Shown: piece after piece, positions 1 to 6,352 of the stretch | Layout of the letters: every line of letters starts with the position of its first letter | Position numbering within the stretch: the first letter of the stretch is position 1 | Assembly (NCBI GenBank): GCA_049515895.1 | Contig: JBEKTQ010000038.1 | Coordinates: forward strand, 1 to 11,561 | Direction: 5' to 3' | Origin: Candidatus Bathyarchaeia archaeon | Lineage (GTDB): Archaea > Thermoproteota > Bathyarchaeia > Bathyarchaeales > Bathycorpusculaceae | Length of the DNA: 11,561 nucleotides | The notes under the pieces: model-generated | What the model was told of the DNA's origin: nothing | Databases searched by the model: none | Seen by the model: only the letters and a program-made list of their open reading frames with translations | Position numbers and translations under genes: made by a program

Positions 1-204
1 GAACCTGGATTTGATCAAAGGTATAGTCGAGAGGACATTTTCCGAGGTGCAGACTTCGACTCGATATTCCGCGACATGGGAGTCAGTTCCGGTTTTGGGG
101 ATCTCTTCAACGTTTTCTTCGGAGATCGAGACTTCGAAGAAAGACAGGAAGTTATCCGCGGACGAGATTTGCGCTGCGAAGTTAACATAACCCTTGAAGA
201 AGCC
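1..204 (+). pseudogene. dnaJ: DnaJ fragment (G/F-rich region to start of C-terminal domain); cut by the window edge at 5' and fused at 3' to a ferritin-like sequence
   Basis: Frame 1 from base 1 reads EPGFDQRYSREDIFRGADFDSIFRDMG..FGDLFNVFFG..RGRDLRCEVNITLEEA, matching the archaeal DnaJ EDIF / G-F / RGxDLx4ITLEEA motifs. The CxxCxGxG zinc fingers that should follow are absent. Confidence 0.85.
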
Positions 205-851
205 CTCACGCTTTACCGCCAAATCATCGAAACCTCCGGAAAAATAGGTGATTGGCAAACACGCGAACTCTTCGAGAAAATCTACGGCGAAGAAGAAGGA
301 CACACCTCTTCAAATTCCAAGAATACACAAAGTTCCAAGACGAAAAAGAAGAACCAAACAAAGTGCCACTACCTGAATGGCGCAAAATGTACACAGACGA
401 TTACTTTACACTCTTAAACAAAGCTGTCTCAGCAGAAATCACCGGAATAATCCAATATACCAATCAGCACGAGAAAATGGCTTTCCTAGAACTCCGAATG
501 AAAAACACACCACTAGAAGCCATCACTGAAACCAACAAAGCCAATGTAGTAAGCAAGATACTGAAAGATGTCTTCATGCAAGAAATGGATCATCTAGAAA
601 TAATCAGTGAACGCATTTACCTACTTGACGGCGAAGCAACATACAAACCAGATCCATTACCAGTTGTCGGCGACACAGCTATGGATTTCCTAAAATTGGA
701 TCATGCACTTGAAAGCAGCGCAATAGCGCTATACCGACAAATCATCGCTGAAGCACTCAAACGCGGCGACACAACGACAAGACGCATGTTTGAAGAGATA
801 ATAATGCAAGAAGAAAATCACTTCTGGACATTCGACGACTTCGTAAAATAA
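193..851 (+). pseudogene. Tandem (two-domain) bacterioferritin/ferritin-like protein, 5'-truncated, with a frameshift at about 301-305
   Basis: End of domain 1 in frame 1: LEEALTLYRQIIETSGKIGDWQTRELFEKIYGEEEGH. It continues in frame 3 as LFKFQEY.. into a full domain 2 with ferroxidase ligands (SAEITGIIQY, QEMDH, LESSAIALY, QEENH). Domain 2 ends ALYRQIIAEALKRGDTTTRRMFEEIIMQEENH, homologous to the domain 1 tail. Confidence 0.85.
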
Positions 852-859
852 AACCAAAA

Positions 860-891
860 ACTCTTTTTTTATATAACTCTTTTTTTATATA
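860..891 (+). terminator. Tandemly duplicated oligo-T terminator, 2 x ACTCTTTTTTTATATA
   Basis: Exact 16-bp direct repeat (860-875, 876-891), each with a T7 run, beginning 9 nt after the ferritin-like stop codon. Confidence 0.7.
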
Positions 892-1006
892 GAAAGTTTT
901 ATGACTGATATTCTTTCCGAAAACTTAATTCCTATGGTTCTGGTTAGCTTGACTCGTTTTGCTTGATAAGGCAGAGCTTTCTCAGTCGGAGCCATTCGGC
1001 GCGAGT

Positions 1007-1020
1007 AAAAAGTCTTAAGT
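1007..1020 (+). promoter_or_regulatory. Putative BRE/TATA promoter of the 1053 gene
   Basis: A-rich stretch followed by CTTAAG about 35 nt upstream of ATG 1053, with no SD sequence, consistent with a leaderless or short-leader transcript. Confidence 0.4.
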
Positions 1021-1052
1021 TGTTATTGCTTTCTATACAATTCTGATAACAA

Positions 1053-1532
1053 ATGGTACAATTATCAGACTGGAACAAGACCTTAGTTCCTCAGCGTCAT
1101 GAATCTGGGTGTGTTCCAACAGGTTATGAGTGGCTAATTCGATATTTGAAGATTCAAGGGGTGAATCTTGTTACCTTTCAGGAGGATTTTGACCTTGGGC
1201 AAGACAATAGTTTTGACTCTGTCTCAGCCAAGATTAGAAGTGTGTATCCTACAATTAATATTAAAGTGGAAAGTTTCAGCAAGGGGATAGACAAAGTCAA
1301 CCGTATTAAATCCCTTTTAGACGAGCAAAAACCTTGCCTGATTTCGTTAGCTTTGGGTAACGGTCAGGGTTGGCACATAATGCCTGTTGTACGCATCGAT
1401 GAAACTATTCAACTGATACATCATGCGGATGCGGACGGACAATGTACTTGGGTTTTTCCTGTTGCAGAAATCGTTTGGAGACATGATTACTTGCAAGGTG
1501 GACAGGACATATCGTGGATTGAACCTGCATAG
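1053..1532 (+). CDS. Papain-fold cysteine peptidase, C39-like, stand-alone
   Basis: PQRHESGCVPT (oxyanion Gln, 5 residues, catalytic Cys), LLDEQKPCLISL strand, GWHIMPVV (catalytic His) followed by Asp residues; 159 aa, no signal peptide. Confidence 0.65.
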   Translation: MVQLSDWNKTLVPQRHESGCVPTGYEWLIRYLKIQGVNLVTFQEDFDLGQDNSFDSVSAKIRSVYPTINIKVESFSKGIDKVNRIKSLLDEQKPCLISLALGNGQGWHIMPVVRIDETIQLIHHADADGQCTWVFPVAEIVWRHDYLQGGQDISWIEPA

Positions 1533-1559
1533 ATTCTAAATATGCCGCATAAGGGAACA

Positions 1560-1576
1560 AACAGAAAAAGAAAAAA
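1560..1576 (-). terminator. Oligo-T terminator downstream of heliorhodopsin
   Basis: Minus strand reads TTTTTTCTTTTTCTGTT shortly after the stop at 1588. Confidence 0.55.
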
Positions 1577-1587
1577 TTTGATTTTGG

Positions 1588-2418
1588 TTAGAAGGGTTTG
1601 AACAAGCCAGCAAACACAAGCCATACTAGCAGAGTTTTTGCAATGAAGCTGAGGATTATGTAAGCTCTCTCCCCAAAGAGATAGTCTTTCCAACGGCCGA
1701 CGCCTTTGTATTGAAGAACCATGTTGACAGCAAAGCTCATGAACAGAATTAGATAGATGATGAATATGGCGTAGACAAATTTTGGTACGCTGTTGTCACT
1801 TGCGATGATGTCGCCTGTGAAGTATCCAAAGAGAACAATCCAAGGGAAACCTCCAGAAATACTGCCTAAGATAAAAGCTGACCAGCTTGTTTTCTCGGTT
1901 TTCTGATTTATCTGCTCCATTAGGTAGCCGAACATAATCATCAAAGCGTTCAAAACAAATATCATTGCCAGCGACCAGAAATCCCAGATTCCAACGAAAG
2001 TGGCGATAACCCAGATCATAATTGAACTCGAAAAAGCGTATTCAAACCAGCGGTAGGGATTCATACCTTTTTTGAGGTTCTCGTTGTATGAGCGGTTTCT
2101 TGGAAAGGCAACAAGAAAGTGGTCAATAGCTGATATTATTGGGAAGGCTGCTAAGAGGGCGCCTATATGGGAGATTGTGAAAATTACCTGAGGGTTTGGC
2201 ACAGCAAAGATCATTGGGTTCGTTGCGCTAACGTGGGCAAATTTGAGGTAGAATGTGTAGATGTCAGTTCCTTTGGGCCACTTTAGTGCAAAAGTCAGTG
2301 ACAGAATGGCGATGCCATTTATCAATTGCAAGATGCCGGCGCCAATGTTAAATCTTTTAAGATAACCAAATGAAATTGGCGATCTGGCGATTATTTCTTG
2401 TCTTTCTTTATAGTTCAT
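1588..2418 (-). CDS. Heliorhodopsin (276 aa), atypical at several conserved positions
   Basis: Seven hydrophobic segments; LKRFN (TM1), SAIDH (TM2), NPYRWFEYAFSSSIM (TM3, counterion Glu codon 2041-2043), FGYLME, LQYKGVGRWKDYLFGERAYIILSFIAK (SxxxK, Schiff-base Lys codon 1636-1638). Start set at ATG 2418 because AAGGAGGTGA lies just upstream. Confidence 0.95.
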   Translation of the reverse strand: MNYKERQEIIARSPISFGYLKRFNIGAGILQLINGIAILSLTFALKWPKGTDIYTFYLKFAHVSATNPMIFAVPNPQVIFTISHIGALLAAFPIISAIDHFLVAFPRNRSYNENLKKGMNPYRWFEYAFSSSIMIWVIATFVGIWDFWSLAMIFVLNALMIMFGYLMEQINQKTEKTSWSAFILGSISGGFPWIVLFGYFTGDIIASDNSVPKFVYAIFIIYLILFMSFAVNMVLQYKGVGRWKDYLFGERAYIILSFIAKTLLVWLVFAGLFKPF

Positions 2419-2517
2419 TTTATTCACCTCCTTCAACGCGTGTAATTATTCTTTTGTTTTAGTGTGTCAATTTTTTGTTAATTCGATTTTTTGTTCGCGG
2501 TATTCATGAGTGTTTAA

Positions 2518-3303
2518 TCAGGAAATTTTTTTTCTGAATATGAGAATTGTTGCACCCAGTGTTATCACGCCGATAATTATGATGGAAATGAAGGCGTATT
2601 CTATTTTTTGCCAAACGAAACCGTTGATTATCAGTGACTGGAAGGCTTGGGCGATGTAAGTGAAAGGGTTAACTTTGGCGACTTGCTGCACCCAGCCTGG
2701 CAAAAGACCCAGTGGCATGACTGCAGCAGAGAGGAATAACAAGGGGAAAGTGGTGAGTAAGCCCACTGACAATGTAGTCTGTGAGCTTTTTGTGTTGAGG
2801 GCAACGAAAAGAGAGATTCCCGACCACGCGAAACCAAAGGCTGCGGATATAAATAGAACCATGAGGGCCCCAAGAATACCTGAGGCGATATGGACGCCTA
2901 AGGCTAGGCCGATGAGGAGTATGATTACAACTTGTATTATGGTGGTGATGGCGTCGCTGAAGAGTTTGCCGAATAGGATGGAGATCTTGTTTATTGGCGC
3001 TACTCTCATTTTGTCCATAAATCCGCTGTCGAGATCGTTGACTAATCCAAGGCCAGAACCTAGCGCCGAAGATGCAATAGTTTGAATAATGACCGCCGCG
3101 GTGAAGAATGTAATGTAGCTGCTTGTGCCTGTGAGCAATTTGAAAGTTGGGATGTTTCCAATTGCTGAGAAAGCCTGCGTGAACAGCAAAAACCATACTA
3201 ACGGTTGGATCAACGAGAAGAAGATCAAGATTGGCTGGCGCGTTAGCTTTGTGTTCCATCGTCCGAAAATGGCTGCTATTTCGGAAAGAACTTCCATCTT
3301 CAT
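2518..3303 (-). CDS. ABC-2 type transporter permease (DrrB-like)
   Basis: About six TM segments; LIQPLVWFLLF, DLDSGFMDKMRVAPI..ILFGK, LFLS..MP..LPGWVQ..VNPFTY motifs; starts 2 nt after the ATPase stop. Confidence 0.92.
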   Translation of the reverse strand: MKMEVLSEIAAIFGRWNTKLTRQPILIFFSLIQPLVWFLLFTQAFSAIGNIPTFKLLTGTSSYITFFTAAVIIQTIASSALGSGLGLVNDLDSGFMDKMRVAPINKISILFGKLFSDAITTIIQVVIILLIGLALGVHIASGILGALMVLFISAAFGFAWSGISLFVALNTKSSQTTLSVGLLTTFPLLFLSAAVMPLGLLPGWVQQVAKVNPFTYIAQAFQSLIINGFVWQKIEYAFISIIIIGVITLGATILIFRKKIS

Positions 3304-3305
3304 TT

Positions 3306-4319
3306 CTATCTGCCTCTTCTTGCGCCTGTTCGTACGGCTTCTTTTCGTTCAACCACATTCAGCGTTTTCCCCGTGAGTTTGAGAAAGACTTCGTCGAGTG
3401 TAGGCACTGAAAGGTTGATTTGCTCCATTGAGATACCCGCTCCGTCAATAGCTCTCACGATCTGTGTTAACATTGAGGAGCCATTTCTTGTAGAAATTGT
3501 GAGTCCGTTTTCCGCGGCTAAGCCCATGCCGCATTGTCCAACCGCTTCAACACCTTGAAGGTTAGACATCAATTCTTTGGCCTTCTCGCAGGCGCCGAGA
3601 TCTCCAGGCTTAAATCGGAGTGTGATTGTGTCGGCGCCAACTTGTGCCTTCAGTTCGGTAGGTTTGCCCTCCGCTACAATTTTGCCCTGGTCAACTATAC
3701 AGAGTCGATTAGCTAGGCGATCTGCCTCTTCCATGTATTGTGTGGTGAGAAAAATTGTCATACCATTCCTGTTTAGTTGAGTAACATAATCCCAAACGTC
3801 TTGCCGACTTTGAGGATCCAAACCTGTCGTTGGCTCGTCTAAGAAGAGGATTTCTGGATCTGAAACAAGGGAAGACGCTAGGTCCAAGCGTTTTCTCATG
3901 CCGCCCGAGAAGGTTTTCAATCTGCGATCAGCAGCCTCTTTCAGCCTCACTGTCTGCAATAACTCATCGACCTTTTTCTTAGCTTCCATTTTTGGGATAT
4001 GATGAAAACTGCATTGAAGCAAGAGATTCTCTCGAGCGGTGAGGTCATCGTCCACGCCAACATCTTGAGAGGAGTAACCTATTATCCGCCTGACCTGAGC
4101 CTGATCGGCATCCACATCTAACCCATCAATTGTGGCCTTTCCCGACGTCTTTTCAAGCAACGTCGTAAGGATTTTAATTGTTGTGCTTTTTCCTGCTCCA
4201 TTCGGACCCAGGAACCCAAATACCTCTCCTTTTTTGACGCTGAAAGAGATGCCGTCTACTGCAACGATATCTTTTCCATAGGTTTTTTTCAGATTTTCAA
4301 CTACTATTATATCTTCCAT
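3306..4319 (-). CDS. ABC transporter ATP-binding protein (DrrA-like)
   Basis: Walker A GPNGAGKST, signature FSGGMRKRL, Walker B/D-loop LFLDEPTTGLDP, LTTQYMEEAD switch, C-terminal PTLDEVFLKLTG; SD GGAGG upstream. Confidence 0.95.
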   Translation of the reverse strand: MEDIIVVENLKKTYGKDIVAVDGISFSVKKGEVFGFLGPNGAGKSTTIKILTTLLEKTSGKATIDGLDVDADQAQVRRIIGYSSQDVGVDDDLTARENLLLQCSFHHIPKMEAKKKVDELLQTVRLKEAADRRLKTFSGGMRKRLDLASSLVSDPEILFLDEPTTGLDPQSRQDVWDYVTQLNRNGMTIFLTTQYMEEADRLANRLCIVDQGKIVAEGKPTELKAQVGADTITLRFKPGDLGACEKAKELMSNLQGVEAVGQCGMGLAAENGLTISTRNGSSMLTQIVRAIDGAGISMEQINLSVPTLDEVFLKLTGKTLNVVERKEAVRTGARRGR

Positions 4320-4339
4320 ATCAATCCTCCAATTGATGA

Positions 4340-4350
4340 CAAAAAAAAAG
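4340..4350 (-). terminator. Possible intra-operon oligo-T terminator between fasciclin and ABC ATPase
   Basis: A9 run at 4341-4349 on + is T9 on the transcribed strand, within the 56-nt spacer. Confidence 0.45.
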
Positions 4351-4375
4351 TGTTACGTTATTGGTAAGGACAGCC

Positions 4376-4792
4376 TCACTTTGGCATTAACACCTTGTCT
4401 ATTACGTGGATTACTCCGTTGTCTGCTTCGACGTCTGCTTTAATGATGTTAGCGTCGTTGACCTTGACTGATTTGTGCATGTGCCATTTTGCAGCGTCAA
4501 TCTTTACATCTTCACCTTGAAGTGTTGTTATGTTTTTGTGTTGTACTACGTCTGCCGCTGGGACTGCTCCTGCCACGACATGGTATGTTAGGATTGCTTT
4601 GAGTTTTGGTATGTCTTTTAAAAGTTTTTCAACTGTTCCATTTGGCAATTTTGCGAAAGCGTCGTCTGTGGGGGCGAAGACTGTGAATGGACCTGCGCTT
4701 TTTAGAGTGTCAACCAATCCGGCTGCTTGAACCGCCGCTACAAGTGTTTTGAAGGAACCAGCTGCAACAGCGGTATCAACTATATCTGCCAT
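4376..4792 (-). CDS. Fasciclin (FAS1) domain protein without signal peptide
   Basis: [20 protein letters not shown]1 motif [21 protein letters not shown]2 motif [11 protein letters not shown]; SD GGAGGTG upstream; the protein starts directly with the domain. Confidence 0.95.
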   Translation of the reverse strand: MADIVDTAVAAGSFKTLVAAVQAAGLVDTLKSAGPFTVFAPTDDAFAKLPNGTVEKLLKDIPKLKAILTYHVVAGAVPAADVVQHKNITTLQGEDVKIDAAKWHMHKSVKVNDANIIKADVEADNGVIHVIDKVLMPK

Positions 4793-4835
4793 ATTCCTTT
4801 CACCTCCATTCGTCTTTTAGTACATGATTAAGTGG

Positions 4836-4912
4836 TTTACACATTGTAAAGAAAAACCTTATAAACTTTACTATCACTTAAATTAATAGACCTGTGCTTT
4901 ACTTTTAGTGAA
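4836..4912. promoter_or_regulatory. Three phased TTTAC-N5-GTAAA-like boxes, candidate Lrp/AsnC operator
   Basis: TTTACacattGTAAA 4836-4850 (perfect), TTTACtatcaCTTAA 4867-4881, TTTACttttaGTGAA 4898-4912; starts exactly 31 bp apart. Confidence 0.7.
4858..4876 (-). promoter_or_regulatory. BRE/TATA promoter of the fasciclin-ABC-heliorhodopsin unit
   Basis: Minus strand reads GATAGTAAAG-TTTATAA-G, about 70 nt upstream of the fasciclin ATG. Confidence 0.65.
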
Positions 4913-5002
4913 GCATTAACTTGAAACCGACGTATCAAAAACAATATTTGCAAGTCACGTGTGTATAACATTTCGCTGGATTTCACTTTCAGGAGAAAAA
5001 AC

Positions 5003-5566
5003 GTGTCAAGAACAATTGACGAACTCGACCTTAGAATATTGAAGTCTCTGAGCGAAGACTCTAGAAAACCCACCGCCCAAATAGCTAAGGAAGCGGGAAC
5101 CTCAAGACCAACAGCTACAGCAAGAATAGACGGACTCTTAAAAAACCAGATTATCGATTTCGGAGCCAAGATAAACATCCCAAACCTTGGATTAAAACTC
5201 GCAACAATACACTTCGAAACTGACAAAACTCACACAACCCAACAAGTCGTTGACACACTGAAAATCTGCCCACGAGTTCTCCAATTAGTCCAGCTTGCTG
5301 GAAAGCCAAACTACACGGCACTCATCTACGTTGAAGACGCTGACACACTTCTCTCAAGCATAGACTGCTTGGAATCCATCTTAAGAGTGAAGATAACATC
5401 TTATCAACGGGTTCTACCCCTCATCGGCAAATCATTCAATTTAAAAATCGTCCTTGAAAAATGCGAAAAAACTCCCTGCGGCAAAGAATGCGGACTTTGC
5501 TTAGCCTACCAACATAACGAATGCACTGGATGTCCTCCCACAAAAGAATACCGAGGACCAATATGA
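5003..5566 (+). CDS. Lrp/AsnC-family transcriptional regulator with C-terminal Cys cluster
   Basis: IDELDLRILKSLSEDSRKPTAQIAKEAGTSRPTATARIDGL HTH, a RAM-like domain (CPRVLQLVQLAGKPNY) and tail CEKTPCGKECGLCLAYQHNECTGCP; GTG start at 5003 behind AGGAG (4991-4995). Confidence 0.9.
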   Translation: MSRTIDELDLRILKSLSEDSRKPTAQIAKEAGTSRPTATARIDGLLKNQIIDFGAKINIPNLGLKLATIHFETDKTHTTQQVVDTLKICPRVLQLVQLAGKPNYTALIYVEDADTLLSSIDCLESILRVKITSYQRVLPLIGKSFNLKIVLEKCEKTPCGKECGLCLAYQHNECTGCPPTKEYRGPI

Positions 5567-5727
5567 CTGCCTCTAACTCTCATTTTCCTGAGGTCAAAAG
5601 ATCCAACCTCGAAAAAAACGATTTTACTTTGCCACATGACATGAAGGGCACCTTAAACACTGTTCTAACGCTTTTAAGTTCTCTAGCGCAAATTAATCTA
5701 GAACAAGACTTGACGAAATCAGCGTGA
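5563..5727 (+). pseudogene. Truncated remnant of a conserved hypothetical (ATP10/thioredoxin-like) protein
   Basis: ATGA overlap with the regulator stop. FPEVKRSNLEKNDFTLPHDMKGTLNTV resembles, from memory, the FPxxxGxNLxxxxxxLPxDxxGxLN N-terminus of proteins of about 160 aa, but similarity ends near 5665 and the ORF is only 54 aa. Confidence 0.5.
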
Positions 5728-5731
5728 GAGT

Positions 5732-6247
5732 ATGGTTGAAACAATAAAGTATGAAATAGTACGTGTGATAGGAAAAGTCGAGTTACGCAGCTACCCCAAA
5801 AGTGTCGTAGCTAAGGTGGAAGACTCATCAGACGCTTTCAATCTGCTGTACAGGTTTATAACTGGAGAGAACAGGCAAAAAGCGAAAGTGAAAATGACTT
5901 CTCCTGTAGTTTCCCAACAAGTTGAAATGACTTCACCCGTGCTTTCAGAAACAGGTGCCATGGCGTTTGTAATGCCAAAAGAATACACTCTTGAAACAAC
6001 CCCTGAGCCCTTGAACAACCATGTGAAAATTGTGGAGATCCCAGCAAGACTAATTGCTGCTTTATGCTTTTCCGGGGGTTGGTCAGAAGCCCATTTTGAA
6101 AAAGAAACACAAGACCTGTTGAAAACATTATCAGAAGCAAATGTCAAGACAAAAGGTAACGTGTTCACAATGCTCTACAACCCCCCATTCATCCCGGGAT
6201 TCCTGCGAAGAAACGAGGTTGCAGTCGAGATAGAACAAATCACTTGA
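5732..6247 (+). CDS. SOUL heme-binding protein
   Basis: VETIKYEIV..VELRSYP, AFNLLYRFITGEN, KMTSPV, MAFVMP..Y..PEP, FSG, YNPPFIPGFLRRNEV motifs. Confidence 0.93.
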   Translation: MVETIKYEIVRVIGKVELRSYPKSVVAKVEDSSDAFNLLYRFITGENRQKAKVKMTSPVVSQQVEMTSPVLSETGAMAFVMPKEYTLETTPEPLNNHVKIVEIPARLIAALCFSGGWSEAHFEKETQDLLKTLSEANVKTKGNVFTMLYNPPFIPGFLRRNEVAVEIEQIT

Positions 6248-6352
6248 AGCTTTCATAGAATAAAAATCGACTCTGAATGCATGAGCCTTTTTAGAAAAAA
6301 AGCTTACTGCTTGCACATTAAAGTAGCGCCGCGCAGTCGTAGAGTCATCTTT

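Noticed and set aside
252-305. TTG start and Arg-rich N-terminus (MANTRTLRENLRRRRRTH) of the 199-aa ORF
   Set aside because: Out-of-frame reading of the first ferritin domain; the meaningful frame here is frame 1.
301-305. Programmed frameshifting in the ferritin gene (and similarly at 10102)
   Set aside because: No X-XXY-YYZ slippery heptamer or clear downstream structure; simple indels explain both.
304-417. C-terminal part of ORF 76..417
   Set aside because: Read-through after the frameshift; the ferritin sequence continues in frame 3.
2631-3780. Alternative-frame and antisense ORFs over the ABC genes, including 2669..3358 (229 aa)
   Set aside because: They overlap well-supported ABC genes and have no recognisable motifs.
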